Numbered from the stretch's first letter, positions 28,330 to 38,940 are shown. The stretch: DNA of 64,000 nucleotides from Candidatus Latescibacterota bacterium (GCA_965200315.1 OZ241362.1:1120001-1184000), one strand, 5' to 3'. Notes: generated from the letters alone by a model not told the origin. Translations and numbers: made by a program.

Positions 28330-29292
28330 TCACACCGCCACATTGTTTTGCGGCCGCCCCTGCAAAAACGCAATCACATTGTCCACCGCGCCCTCGTTGA
28401 GCAAATCCACCCCCTCGGGCGTCTGATCCGCTGCATGCGGCGTCAGCACCACCTGATCGCAATCGAGGATGGGATCGTCGCTCGGCAGCGGCTCCTCGGG
28501 AAATACGTCTAGCCCGGCCCCACCCAAATGCCCGCACAACAAGGCATCGCGCAAGGCGTTGATGTCCAGCACATCGCCGCGTGCGCCGTTCAACAACAGC
28601 GCCCCCTCCTTCATCAGGCCAAACTCGCGTGCCCCGAGCAAGTGCCGGGTATCCTCGGTCAACTTCACGTGCAGGCTGACCACATCCGCCGCCTGCAACA
28701 GCGCGTCGAGCTCGACGAAACGCACCCCGTATTCGGCCGCACGCTCAGGCGACGGATTGAAAGTCCACGCGATGACCTCCATGCCGATGGCCCGCCCCAA
28801 CCGCGCCATCTCCGCGCCAATCGGCCCCGTCCCCACCACGCCCAACACCTTGCCCTGTAGCATGGTGTTCATCTTGCGCGTCCAGCGGCCAGCCTTTAGC
28901 TCGGCGGTCTGGAAATAGGCGCGCTTGGACAGGGCGAACATCAGCCCAAACATGTGCTCGGCCACCACCGGCGCAGTGCGGCCGGGCTGGTTCGACACCA
29001 CGATCCCGAGCTGTTTGGCCAGCGCCAAGTCGATCATGTCCGTGCCGATGGAGCAAGTGGCAATCATCTTGAGTGCGGGCAAGTGGCGCATTTCCTCGCG
29101 CCAAGTGACGACGCCGCGCGTATTTATAATGACCTGCGCGCCCTCGGCCCGTACGATCTTCTCATCCGAGCTTTGCGGCGTATCCTCAAAGAGAGTGACC
29201 TCCCCGTAAGGAGCGAGCCGCTGCAAATGCGGCGAACCGGCGATCTGGATTGGGTTGTCGCCGGGCACTACGATCTGTACGCGTTCTGTCAT
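28330..29292 (-). CDS. D-isomer-specific 2-hydroxyacid dehydrogenase (SerA-like)
   Basis: SIGTDMID, VAEH, GVVGTGPIG, DVVSLH, NGARG, GLDVFPEEP, TPHAA. Confidence 0.88.
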   Translation of the reverse strand: MTERVQIVVPGDNPIQIAGSPHLQRLAPYGEVTLFEDTPQSSDEKIVRAEGAQVIINTRGVVTWREEMRHLPALKMIATCSIGTDMIDLALAKQLGIVVSNQPGRTAPVVAEHMFGLMFALSKRAYFQTAELKAGRWTRKMNTMLQGKVLGVVGTGPIGAEMARLGRAIGMEVIAWTFNPSPERAAEYGVRFVELDALLQAADVVSLHVKLTEDTRHLLGAREFGLMKEGALLLNGARGDVLDINALRDALLCGHLGGAGLDVFPEEPLPSDDPILDCDQVVLTPHAADQTPEGVDLLNEGAVDNVIAFLQGRPQNNVAV

Positions 29293-29371
29293 GGCATATC
29301 CTCGCTTGGAAGTGTATATTTTTGCTCGCAATAAACCCCAAAAACGCGCTCAACGTCAAGCGAGTTGCCCC

Positions 29372-30394
29372 ATGCCCCGCGCCCTCATCGCCCCGGCCGC
29401 CGAACAAGTGGCCTTTCAGGAATACGCATCCCGCCCCCTCGCCCAAGGCCAAGTCCGCGTCAAAAGCCTGTACGCGGCCGCCAAGCACGGCACTGAAATG
29501 TCGCTGTTTAAGGGGTACGCCGGCCCGCGCGGCCGCTTCGACTCCGCACGGCGCATCTTCGACTATCAGGGTGAGGGCGTCCAATACCCGGTGCCGCTGG
29601 GCAACATGGGCGTCGGCGAAGTTGTCGAGCTGGGGCCGGGCGTCACGCGGCTTGCAGAAGGCGACCGCGTCTTCGACTACGGGCCGTTCCGCGAGGAACA
29701 CGTCTGGCCCGAAACCGCGCGGCGCTTGCCCGCAGACATCCCTTGGCAAGCCGCGGTCTGCCTCGACCCGGCGGATTTTGCCCTCGGCGCAGTGCGCGAC
29801 GGGCACGTCCGCATTGGCGACTCCGTAGCCGTCTCGGGCCTCGGGGCCATCGGCCTGATCGCCGTGCAATTCTGCCGCTTGGCCGGTGCCCACCCCATCA
29901 TCGCCCTCGACCCACTGGCCAACCGGCGCACAGTGGCCCGCGCCTGCGGTGCCGACCTCGTCCTCGACCCCACCCAATGCGATGCCGGCGCGGAGATTAA
30001 GCAGGCCACGGCCCACCGCGGCGCGGACGTGATTATTGAGTACAGCGGGCATCCAGCGGCCATGCAGCAAGCACTGCGCGGGGTCGCTTATCAAGGCACG
30101 ATTGTGGCCGGCGCGTATCCCGGCGCGTGGACGACGGGGCTGGACTTGGGTGCCGAAGCTCACATGAACCGGCCGCACATCGTGTTCTCGCGCGCCAACA
30201 GCGAGCCCAACCCCGACCACCCCAATTGGGACAACGCCCGCATCTACGACGTCTGCTGGCGCCTGCTCGCGGCCGGTCTAGTCGATTGCCGGCCCATCGT
30301 GCAGCCTATCGTATCCTTTGACGACCTGCTCGAAGCGTACCCCCAAATCGCTACCCAACCCGAAGCAAACATCAAGCTCGGCGTCCGGTTTTAA
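29372..30394 (+). CDS. Zinc-binding (MDR family) dehydrogenase-like protein
   Basis: KHGTE, LGNMGVG, GLGAIG, GADVIIEYSG. Confidence 0.8.
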   Translation: MPRALIAPAAEQVAFQEYASRPLAQGQVRVKSLYAAAKHGTEMSLFKGYAGPRGRFDSARRIFDYQGEGVQYPVPLGNMGVGEVVELGPGVTRLAEGDRVFDYGPFREEHVWPETARRLPADIPWQAAVCLDPADFALGAVRDGHVRIGDSVAVSGLGAIGLIAVQFCRLAGAHPIIALDPLANRRTVARACGADLVLDPTQCDAGAEIKQATAHRGADVIIEYSGHPAAMQQALRGVAYQGTIVAGAYPGAWTTGLDLGAEAHMNRPHIVFSRANSEPNPDHPNWDNARIYDVCWRLLAAGLVDCRPIVQPIVSFDDLLEAYPQIATQPEANIKLGVRF

Positions 30395-30421
30395 CGCTGG
30401 ACAGCCGACGGAAAGGACGCC

Positions 30422-31225
30422 ATGAAAATCGCCTTACAGGAAGGGCTGTTGCCCGGTGAAAGCCTCGCGGAAAAGCTCGATTTCGCCGAGTCGCTGGCCA
30501 TCGAGGGGCTAGAGGTCAGCGGCCGCTCGCGCCTGTACGACCACAGCGAAAAATACGAAAAGGCCCTCGCCGGCCGCTCCATCCAAATCGCTTCCATCTG
30601 CGGCCAAGAAACCTTTGACTGGCTCGATCCAGACCCGCGCAAGCGCGCCAACAGCCTCGCCGAGACCCGCCGCCAATTGGAAGCCTGCGGGCACTTTCAA
30701 GCCGTCGGCCAAATAGTCCCTCCCATCTTTGGGCCGCCGCGCATCCCCGACCTGTCGCCGCTGCAAGACGCCATTTCCCTAGAGAAAGCCCTGCTCGTCG
30801 AGCTGGTCCAAGAACTCGCCGCCCATGCCGCCAGCCAAGGTACCCTGCTCCTTTTGGAACCTCTCAACCGCTACGAGCAACACCTCTTGCGCCGCCAAGC
30901 CGACGGCGTCGAAATCATCGAGCGCGCCGGCAGCCCCCAAGGCGTAGCCCTGCTCAGCGACTTCTTCCACATGCACATCGAAGAAACCGACACCCCCGCC
31001 GCCTTCCGCCAAGCCGGCAAACACGTAGCCCACGTCCATATGGCCGACAACACGCGCATGCAGCCGGGCACCGGCGACATCGATTGGCGCGCCGGCTTAC
31101 AGGCCCTCAAGGACATCGGCTTTAGCGGATATTTAGCCTACGAGTGCGGCCTAGCGGGCGACCCCAAAGACGCGCTGACAAGATCGGTGCAATTCGTGCG
31201 AGAAACCATCGCCCAACTCGACTGA
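30422..31225 (+). CDS. Sugar phosphate isomerase/epimerase
   Basis: LLEPLNRYE, DFFHMHIEE, HVHMADNTR..PGTGDID, YLAYEC. Confidence 0.88.
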   Translation: MKIALQEGLLPGESLAEKLDFAESLAIEGLEVSGRSRLYDHSEKYEKALAGRSIQIASICGQETFDWLDPDPRKRANSLAETRRQLEACGHFQAVGQIVPPIFGPPRIPDLSPLQDAISLEKALLVELVQELAAHAASQGTLLLLEPLNRYEQHLLRRQADGVEIIERAGSPQGVALLSDFFHMHIEETDTPAAFRQAGKHVAHVHMADNTRMQPGTGDIDWRAGLQALKDIGFSGYLAYECGLAGDPKDALTRSVQFVRETIAQLD

Positions 31226-31226
31226 C

Positions 31227-33317
31227 ATGAGCGAAATCGCCCCGCTACCCACGTACGAACGTCCCGAGCTGTACATCAACCGCGAACTCTCGTGGCTCGA
31301 CTTCAACGCCCGCGTACTCGAAGAGGCCCAAGACGAGCGCAACCCCCTGTTAGAGCGCGTCAAGTTCATGGCCATCGTCGCCAGCAATCTCGACGAGTTC
31401 TACGAAATCCGGGTAGCCGGCTTGCTGCAATTGCACGAGTCCGGGGCCAATCCGAGTCGCCCCGACGGCCTGACCCCGGCCGAACAGCTCGAGCGCATCG
31501 CCCAACAAGCTCACGATCAGGTCGCCGAACAGTACCGCTGCTGGAACGAGGACCTCATACCGGCCCTAGCCGCCGAGGGCATCTACCTGTGGGAGGCGCG
31601 CCAGCTAGCAGGCGAGCACCTCGACTTCGTGCGCCAGTACTGGCGGGAAGAACTCGAACCAATCCTCACGCCCATTGTAGTCGATCCAGCCCATCCTTTC
31701 CCCCGCGTCCTCAACAAGGCCCTGTGCATTGGTGCCCTCCTCGAAGGACAGGGGCAGTCCATGATGGGGGTGGCAACCGTGCCTCGGGTATTGCCGCGCA
31801 TCCTGCGCATGCCGAGCCAAGCCGACGAACTACACTTTGTGACGCTGGCCGGGATCATGGATTTGCAGGCCAGCGAGCTTTTTCGCGGCTATCAGGTACT
31901 CGGGTCGGCCCCCTTCCGCATCACCCGCAACAGCGAGCTGTACGTCAACGAAGAAGACGCCGACAATTTGCTGGAAGAAATCGAGGAGCAGGTCACCAAG
32001 CAGCGCCAAGCTGACGCCGTGCGGCTAGAGATCGCTCCGGGCGCACCCGACCAGCTAGTATCGCTTTTGCAACAGCAGTTCGATCTCGACGACAGCCTAG
32101 TCTTTCGGGTCAATGGGCCGGTCAACCTCCATCGGGTTATGACCCTTTACGGCCTCGTCTCGCGCCCCGCCCTCAAGGACGCCCCCTTCACACCTGTCGA
32201 GCGCGATTTCCCCGCAAACCCCGACGCCTTCTTCGACTCCATCCGCGCCGGCGATATTCTCCTGCATCACCCCTACGAGTCGTTTTCTACGGTGATCGAC
32301 TTCATTCGCATGGCGGCTAACGACCCCAAAGTGCTAGCCATCAAACAGACCATCTACCGCACGGGCGACGATTCAGAGGTGGCGCAGGCGCTCATCGACG
32401 CGGCCGAGCGCAGCAAGGAAGTTACCGTGCTCGTCGAGCTAAAGGCCCGCGGCGACGAAGCGGCCAACATTGAGTGGGCCAAGCGCCTCGAAGACAGCGG
32501 CATCCACGTGGTCTATGGCATCATGGGCCTAAAGACCCATTGCAAGCTCTCCATGCTGGTGCGCCGCGATCAAGATCGCCTGCGCCGCTACGCTCACTTG
32601 GGCACCGGCAACTACAACCACACCACCGCACGGCTCTACACGGATTTGGGGCTGATTACCGCCGAGCCAACGATCACCGCGGAGGTGGCCGAGGTCTTCA
32701 ACATGCTCACCGCCCACAGCCGCATCAGTCAATTTGAAAAACTGCTAGTCGCGCCCTCCGGGCTGATGCAGGGCATGCTCGACCGCATCGAGCGCGAAAG
32801 CGAACACGCTCGCGCCGGCCGGCCGGCCGCCATTATCGCCAAGATGAACGGCCTCATGGATCCGGCGATCATCAAGGCCCTGTACGCGGGCTCGCAGGCC
32901 GGTGTCGAGATCGATCTGATCGTGCGCGGCATCTGCTGCTTGCGCGCCGGCCTCGACGGCATCAGCGAGACCATCCGCGTGTACAGCATCATTGGCCGCT
33001 TCTTAGAGCACAGCCGGGTCTTTTACTTTGCCAACGGCGGCGACGAGGAAGTTTGGCTCGGCAGCGCAGACTGGATGGATCGCAACCTGCGCGCCCGGGT
33101 CGAGGTCGTCTTCCCCATCTTGGACCAGAGCCTGAAGCGGCGCGTCTATCGCGAGTTGCTCGCATTCGCGCTCGCCGACCGCGCCAAATCTCGGCAGATG
33201 CGTCCAGACGGCACATACATCCGCCGCCAATCCGAGTGCGACACCCCGGGCCACAGCCTGCAGGAGTTGCTCATGCACATAGCTCTCGGCGAAGACATCA
33301 ACGGCCCAGAAAGCTAG
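31227..33317 (+). CDS. ppk1: Polyphosphate kinase 1
   Basis: NRELSWLDFNARVL, SNLDEFYEIRVAG, LLHHPYESF, KTHCK, HLGTGNYN, GRFLEHSR, GSADWMDRNL. Confidence 0.97.
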   Translation: MSEIAPLPTYERPELYINRELSWLDFNARVLEEAQDERNPLLERVKFMAIVASNLDEFYEIRVAGLLQLHESGANPSRPDGLTPAEQLERIAQQAHDQVAEQYRCWNEDLIPALAAEGIYLWEARQLAGEHLDFVRQYWREELEPILTPIVVDPAHPFPRVLNKALCIGALLEGQGQSMMGVATVPRVLPRILRMPSQADELHFVTLAGIMDLQASELFRGYQVLGSAPFRITRNSELYVNEEDADNLLEEIEEQVTKQRQADAVRLEIAPGAPDQLVSLLQQQFDLDDSLVFRVNGPVNLHRVMTLYGLVSRPALKDAPFTPVERDFPANPDAFFDSIRAGDILLHHPYESFSTVIDFIRMAANDPKVLAIKQTIYRTGDDSEVAQALIDAAERSKEVTVLVELKARGDEAANIEWAKRLEDSGIHVVYGIMGLKTHCKLSMLVRRDQDRLRRYAHLGTGNYNHTTARLYTDLGLITAEPTITAEVAEVFNMLTAHSRISQFEKLLVAPSGLMQGMLDRIERESEHARAGRPAAIIAKMNGLMDPAIIKALYAGSQAGVEIDLIVRGICCLRAGLDGISETIRVYSIIGRFLEHSRVFYFANGGDEEVWLGSADWMDRNLRARVEVVFPILDQSLKRRVYRELLAFALADRAKSRQMRPDGTYIRRQSECDTPGHSLQELLMHIALGEDINGPES

Positions 33318-33384
33318 AGAGCAGGAATCCGATGCCCGACCGTTGGGTTAAGCAGGGGCGACCTTATTAAAAGAAAGAGACTCG

Positions 33385-34881
33385 ATGCACGACCTACTCG
33401 CAGAGATCAATTCGCCAGTCTTAGACGACATCCACCGCATCGGCATCGTTTTGGCGGCTGGCCACGGCAAGCGCATCCGCTCGGAGATCTCCAAGATGCT
33501 ACACGAAATTTGGGGCCAGCCAACGGCCGTGCGCGTGGGCCGCGCCGTACAAAAGGGCCTCGACAGCCCCAATCAGGTCATCGTCGTGGGCATCAAGGGC
33601 ATCGACGTCGCCCGCGCGGCCGGTCCCCAACCGGGGCGTGTTTTCGCGTACCAAGAAAACCCGGTCCTCGGCCAGCCAGCCGGAACCGGCGACGCCGTGC
33701 GCGTGGGCCTTCAAGCCTTTCCCGCAGCGGCTGCCGACCGCGACGTGTACATCTTTTTAGGGGACATGGGTTTGTTGACCGGGCAGGTAGTAGCCCAATT
33801 CCGCGCCAGCTTTGAAAGCACCGACTGCGACATGATGGTGCTCACCGGCCTGTACAGCGGCTCAGCCGAGAACAACTCCTATGGCCGCATCGTGCGCGTA
33901 CCAGCCACCGACGCCTCCGGGCAGCCCGCGGGCACCGACCGCGACAAGGTCATTGAGATCAGGGAGCACAAGGACATCCTCAGCCTCGACGCGGCAACGC
34001 CCTACGAGGCCGCTTACAATGGCCGCACCTACGCCTTCACGCGCCAAGAGCTGTTGGAAACGCGCGAGATCAACACCGGTGTCTTCGCCTTCAGAGAAAG
34101 CGCGTTGCGGACGTACATCCCGCATCTCAACACCGACAATGCCCAAGGCGAATTGCTGCTGACCGACTTGGTGCAAATTTTCAATCAGCACCAGCTCGTG
34201 GTGCGAGCCGCCACGGCCGACAGCGAAGAAGAGCTCCTCGCCTTCAACGTCAAAAGCGTCTGGCGGCAGATGGAGGCCATAGCCCGCCGTTGGGCCTACG
34301 ACAAACTCAAGGACACCATCACCATCGCCGACGAGGAGGACTTCTTCATCGCCGACGAGGTCATCGAGCAGATACTCAACATGGACGCCGAGTGCGGCCC
34401 CTTGGACATCGTCATCGGCAAGGGCACCTACATCGGTCCCGAGGTCCAACTCAACCGCCGAGTCACCATCGGGGACCGCAGCCATCTGAGCGGGCACGTA
34501 GTGTTAGGCGAGGGAGTACAAATTGGCGTCGGCGTCGAGCTGAGTGCCTACCGAGGCCAAACCCTCGCTCTTGACGAGGAGGTCGAAGTGCTCAGCCGCA
34601 ACATCATCAAGGGGAACCTGCGGATTGGCGCACACAGCCGCATCGAGTCTGGAGTACTTCTGACCGGCAGCGACGAACATCCCATGCGCGTGGGAGCGCG
34701 CGTAACCATCAAGGGCACCAGCTACCTCTACGGCTGTCAAATCGACGACGACCTGTTCATCGAGCACTCGGTCATCAAGGGCAAGCGGGTCGAACAGGTG
34801 CGCCGCCGCGACGGCACCATCCAACCCGTCCGCTATGTCCTGCCTCAGCCCGAGGGCCTCGACTCCATCGCCGATTTATGA
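33385..34881 (+). CDS. GlmU-like nucleotidyltransferase with C-terminal hexapeptide beta-helix
   Basis: LAAGHGKRIRS, GTGDAV, YGRIVR, EINTGVF, DNAQGELLLTDLV; divergent C-terminus. Confidence 0.75.
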   Translation: MHDLLAEINSPVLDDIHRIGIVLAAGHGKRIRSEISKMLHEIWGQPTAVRVGRAVQKGLDSPNQVIVVGIKGIDVARAAGPQPGRVFAYQENPVLGQPAGTGDAVRVGLQAFPAAAADRDVYIFLGDMGLLTGQVVAQFRASFESTDCDMMVLTGLYSGSAENNSYGRIVRVPATDASGQPAGTDRDKVIEIREHKDILSLDAATPYEAAYNGRTYAFTRQELLETREINTGVFAFRESALRTYIPHLNTDNAQGELLLTDLVQIFNQHQLVVRAATADSEEELLAFNVKSVWRQMEAIARRWAYDKLKDTITIADEEDFFIADEVIEQILNMDAECGPLDIVIGKGTYIGPEVQLNRRVTIGDRSHLSGHVVLGEGVQIGVGVELSAYRGQTLALDEEVEVLSRNIIKGNLRIGAHSRIESGVLLTGSDEHPMRVGARVTIKGTSYLYGCQIDDDLFIEHSVIKGKRVEQVRRRDGTIQPVRYVLPQPEGLDSIADL

Positions 34882-35796
34882 GCGCTCGGCTCCCATAGCA
34901 TCGAGCAGCGATTTGGCGACTTTGCAGACCATCGTATAGGCCGGGTCGTACACATTCCCCATATCGTATTCCACGCACTGACCCAAAAGCGCGTGGGCAC
35001 TTAACTCGCTGAGGCCGTAGTCCTCAACAAGCCAATTCACCAGCTCGCTGGTGGCGTGTTGTACGCATTGGTCCAAAGGACGCGCATTGCCGACCGCGAG
35101 AATGTGCGTGTCGTTTTCAGCGCGGGGCCAGCCGATCTGCTTGCCCTTGATCACATCTACGCTAAACGTCGCGTCAAAGGAGATTTCCACGCCCGTGCCG
35201 ACGATCTCGCCGTCGCCTTGGATGGCGTGCCCGTCGCCTAAGTGGAAGAGCGCTCCTCGCGCCTCGACCGGCAGATACACGGTCGCGCCGGTTACAAAGC
35301 CCCGGTAGTCCATGTTGCCGCCGTGGGTCGAAGAAGTGGCCGTGGAAATGGCCTGACCGCGCGGCGGGGCCACCCCGAAACAGCCGACCATCGGGCTGAG
35401 GGGCAGCACCAAGCCCGGTAGCACATCCGGTTGCGTTGCCGTGCCGGCCGCTAGATCAATCGGCCACCGGAGCGGCTGATCGTCGCGCTCAATCCCGGTA
35501 GTGAACCCCGGATCCAGCACATTGGGCGCAATTTCCCTAGCCGTCCAGCCCCAGTCGCGGTTGGGGTAGAGCTTGTCGAAGTGAACCACCAGAGTGTCGC
35601 CCGGCTCGGCTCCTTCTATGTAGAAAGGACCCGTCATCGGGTTGCCGCGCTCGGCGACCCGCTCGCCGTGCTGGTCCTGGCCGCGGGCATCAACGGTCGT
35701 GGTAGAGACCGTATCGCCGGGGGCAATGGCCAGCACGGGCTCGTGCCAGCCAATGGTATTGTGATAGTGGGTTGGGGTGAATTCGTGATGAGCCAT
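34876..35796 (-). CDS. Acetamidase/formamidase family protein
   Basis: NPMTGPFYIEGAEPGDTL, HGGNMD, GDGHAIQGDGEIVGTGVE. Confidence 0.9.
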   Translation of the reverse strand: MAHHEFTPTHYHNTIGWHEPVLAIAPGDTVSTTTVDARGQDQHGERVAERGNPMTGPFYIEGAEPGDTLVVHFDKLYPNRDWGWTAREIAPNVLDPGFTTGIERDDQPLRWPIDLAAGTATQPDVLPGLVLPLSPMVGCFGVAPPRGQAISTATSSTHGGNMDYRGFVTGATVYLPVEARGALFHLGDGHAIQGDGEIVGTGVEISFDATFSVDVIKGKQIGWPRAENDTHILAVGNARPLDQCVQHATSELVNWLVEDYGLSELSAHALLGQCVEYDMGNVYDPAYTMVCKVAKSLLDAMGAERS

Positions 35797-35898
35797 AAGA
35801 CCTCTCTGGAAAGGTTAAACGTTTGGTGTGAATTATTATGGTAGAATAAGCAAAGGTGCCTATGTTCTGTTCATCTTGGTACAAGTTCCCTACGGACG

Positions 35899-36160
35899 AT
35901 GCTAGACATAGACACCTTTGTGAGCACAGTATATGTATGGGTTGATGATTTTTGCAAATCGACGGCGAGGGTGCGGCGTCGGGGTGCCGGCCCCGATTTT
36001 GACGACGCGCAGCAAAGTGGTCACATGGGCGCTATTGAGCCCGTGGGGCTGCTTTACCAGTCAACGCGCCTTTTATCGTTGGGTGCCTACGCACTTGGGG
36101 TGGGCGTTACGTGTTGGCCCGGGATTGATTTTCTCGCGTACAGCAGCCAGTGGCGATTAG
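35899..36160 (+). mobile_element. Degenerate IS982-like transposase 5' remnant
   Basis: MLDIDTFVSTVYVWVDDFCKS, then frameshifted SKVVTWALLSPWGCFTSQRAFYRW..HL. Confidence 0.6.
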
Positions 36161-36164
36161 GCTC

Positions 36165-37085
36165 TCAAATTTCCCAAGCAGAAAAAGGCGATAGAAAAAA
36201 CGCCGCTAGGTCGCCCCGGGCCTCGGCTTGTTCTAGCACCGCAATTTCCGCACCCAACTCGTCAGCGATCCGCACCCGCACGTCCGCATCCTCCACCGCA
36301 TCGTCCAAGTGCCCGACGAGTTGTGCCAACACCTGCCGCCGCACGTGAGGACGCAGCTCACCCTCGGCAAAACACTCGGCGCGAAAGCGCGACACCTGCG
36401 CCTTTTGGGCAACAAGCTCGGCGCGCCCCAACGCCAACGCCAAAACGACGCGGTGCAGCACCCCGGCGAAATCCACATCGACCTGTTTAAGCAAAGCGGC
36501 CACCGATGGCTGCGGCAACGAGCGCACAAAGGCTACCTTGCCGGTTAGCTCTTGCAGCATTTGGCCATCGGCGCGCAGATCGATGGCACTGGGACCGGTC
36601 CACGTCTCGGGCACGAGCTTTGCCAAGGCCGCGACTTTGGGCTGCCGATCGGGCCAAAAGCCCAGCTCGGGACAGCCGACTAAGGAGCGAGCCTGCTGGC
36701 GCATCTCTTTGAGGCGGTGGAATGCCTGCTCCCAGCCCTGCTTGTAGAGCGCGTCAAACGAGTCGCTGGCCAGCTTGGCTACGGCGGCGTTGAGATCGCC
36801 GCCGCTTGCCTCCTCCAGCGCCAAGTCCATACACGCCAAGCCCTGCTCCATGCCTTGGCGCAACTGATCGCGGCCAAGGGCGATGCCCGTGCGGTTGCGT
36901 TGGGCAAAGCCCAACCCGCAGATCCGCAGATAAGCCCGCAGCGAATCCATAAAGTGCGGCGGCAACTGCTCGTATTCGAGGCCCGCGGCGACTGCTTGGC
37001 CGATGAAACTCTGGCGGTCGAGCGGGACTTGGCTTCGACCTGAGCTCAGCCGAAGGTTGAGATCAACGGGTGCTAGCCGGTTCAC
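36165..37085 (-). CDS. Hypothetical helical protein
   Basis: Long ORF; GTGA overlap with the upstream gene. Confidence 0.7.
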   Translation of the reverse strand: MNRLAPVDLNLRLSSGRSQVPLDRQSFIGQAVAAGLEYEQLPPHFMDSLRAYLRICGLGFAQRNRTGIALGRDQLRQGMEQGLACMDLALEEASGGDLNAAVAKLASDSFDALYKQGWEQAFHRLKEMRQQARSLVGCPELGFWPDRQPKVAALAKLVPETWTGPSAIDLRADGQMLQELTGKVAFVRSLPQPSVAALLKQVDVDFAGVLHRVVLALALGRAELVAQKAQVSRFRAECFAEGELRPHVRRQVLAQLVGHLDDAVEDADVRVRIADELGAEIAVLEQAEARGDLAAFFLSPFSAWEI

Positions 37086-37849
37086 GAGGCTCCTCCACCG
37101 GCCCGTTCCCAAGCGGCGCGCAGCACCTTGGCCAGCAACTCGGGCGCGGCTTGGTGCAAGGCGTGGATGACTTCGCGGATCTCCGGGTCGTCGATCGGTG
37201 GCAGCATCACGGCCTGACCCGATTCCGACAGCAGACTGAAGGCCGACACTGTACCCACATCCTCTAGGGCGCTGACTTGGGCCTGCATGTCGATGCTATC
37301 GACCTTGTCGAGGAAGGCGTCTTCTAGCAGGCTCTGATCGACCTTGTACAAGAGTGCGGCGCGCTTGTTGGGATCGCCCAGCGCCGCGACCGCTTCGAGC
37401 CATTCCCACGACACCTTGGTGCGGTTGCCTCGGTAGTAAACCGGATCGAGCGTGTCTGCTACTGCGCGCGCAAACGACTCCGCCGACATAGTTTGCAACA
37501 GCGCGGTGTTGAATCTCGCCAGCTTGCACTCGCCGGGAGCTACCAACTCGGCGATGATCTCCGACGGCAGCTTATCGACTACAGAGGGCAAGTACCCCGG
37601 GCGGCCCTTGGCGTCCATGCCGGTCAGCGAGAGCACTTCCTCGGGGTTTTCGTCTATGGCCACCAGCGCGGCTTGTTCCTCCACGGCCTGCGCCCGAAGC
37701 AGTACGCGGGCCTCGTCAGCGCACCCTGCGCGCAACATCTGGCGCAAAGTGACGTTCTTGGCGATCAATTCTTCCAGATCGCCCGACCACTCCCCTAGCA
37801 CCACCCGGTCGCCCTGCACTTGCAGAGCATCGTTTTCGTGCTGGGACAT
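37082..37849 (-). CDS. Hypothetical protein
   Basis: RBS AGGAGG before MSQHEND; acidic and helical. Confidence 0.75.
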   Translation of the reverse strand: MSQHENDALQVQGDRVVLGEWSGDLEELIAKNVTLRQMLRAGCADEARVLLRAQAVEEQAALVAIDENPEEVLSLTGMDAKGRPGYLPSVVDKLPSEIIAELVAPGECKLARFNTALLQTMSAESFARAVADTLDPVYYRGNRTKVSWEWLEAVAALGDPNKRAALLYKVDQSLLEDAFLDKVDSIDMQAQVSALEDVGTVSAFSLLSESGQAVMLPPIDDPEIREVIHALHQAAPELLAKVLRAAWERAGGGAS

Positions 37850-38165
37850 CGGTCCTCCTGTGTGGAATAATTGGGGAATTGGGGGCGGTCTTAAAGTAGG
37901 TTGAGCAGTGTATCGCGTCAATATAAAATTTTTCTAACTTATTATTTATATGATATTTATATCATTTTACTGGACATGTCCTCTCTTTTTTTGTATTTTA
38001 TATGTTACGATTAGCGCGGGGCTTGTAGCCCGGCGTTTTTTTTATGGGCAAGCAAGGCGTCGATTAGTAGCGCAGTGCTAGGTTCTGCCCTATATTGTCC
38101 CTTGCGTTCCCCAGCCTCCTTGGGGCTGGATTTTTTCATTCTATTTTCTGTCAGAGAGCGCGCCC

Positions 38166-38936
38166 ATGGATTACGACGATATCGGCGACTTGCTCAACAG
38201 TTGGGAATTCAAGCCCGACGAGTTCCTCGCCCGGCGCATCCGCACCAGCAAGGGCGAGGAAAAACTTCAGATCCGCATCGACATGGGGCTTCTTCAGCTC
38301 GAATTGGATGGCCGTCCCGACGGCCAACAACCGCACGGCTGCCCCTCACTGCTTGACTACTACCAAGACCTCATCGAATCGCATGACACCCCAGAAAGCT
38401 TCGTACTAAACGAGGACGAGTGCGAAGAGCTCTTCCAAGAGGCCTGGCAGTACTACCACCGCTATTTAAGTCTGTTCAACCTAGAAGACTACGAAGGGGT
38501 CGTCGCCGATACCGAGCACACCCTACAGATTTTTGAATTGGTCGATCAGTGCGCGCCCAACGACGAAATCCGTTGGTACTTTGAGCAGTACTATCCACAC
38601 GCGATTATGATGCAGACCCGGGCGCACGCCATGCTCGCGCTGCAAAGCGACGACTATCCAACAGCCATGCGCGCCGTGGAAGAAGGCATTGCCCACATCG
38701 AGAGCTTTGTCGAGGAATGGGAATCCGAGCTAGACGAGGATTTGCCCGAGATTTCCTTTTTGCGCGAATGGTACGAGGAATTAGAGCAGGAGCGCCCGCT
38801 GTCTGAGCGCGAACAACTAGAGCGCGACCTACAGGCGGCCGTAGAAGCAGAAAATTTTGAGGAGGCCGCACGGCTGCGCGACAAGCTCCAGACCCTGTGG
38901 CCGACGCCGCAGCACCTCCTCCGCCCCAAGCGCTGA
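38166..38936 (+). CDS. UvrB/UvrC-motif-containing protein
   Basis: LQIRIDMGLLQLELDGRPDGQQPHG; C-terminal LERDLQAAVEAENFEEAARLRDKL (UVR motif). Confidence 0.8.
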   Translation: MDYDDIGDLLNSWEFKPDEFLARRIRTSKGEEKLQIRIDMGLLQLELDGRPDGQQPHGCPSLLDYYQDLIESHDTPESFVLNEDECEELFQEAWQYYHRYLSLFNLEDYEGVVADTEHTLQIFELVDQCAPNDEIRWYFEQYYPHAIMMQTRAHAMLALQSDDYPTAMRAVEEGIAHIESFVEEWESELDEDLPEISFLREWYEELEQERPLSEREQLERDLQAAVEAENFEEAARLRDKLQTLWPTPQHLLRPKR

Positions 38937-38940
38937 GCGA

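Noticed and set aside
35899-36348. Intact 149-aa gene or active IS element
   Set aside because: Only a frameshifted 5' transposase remnant; no DDE domain or terminal repeats were recognised.
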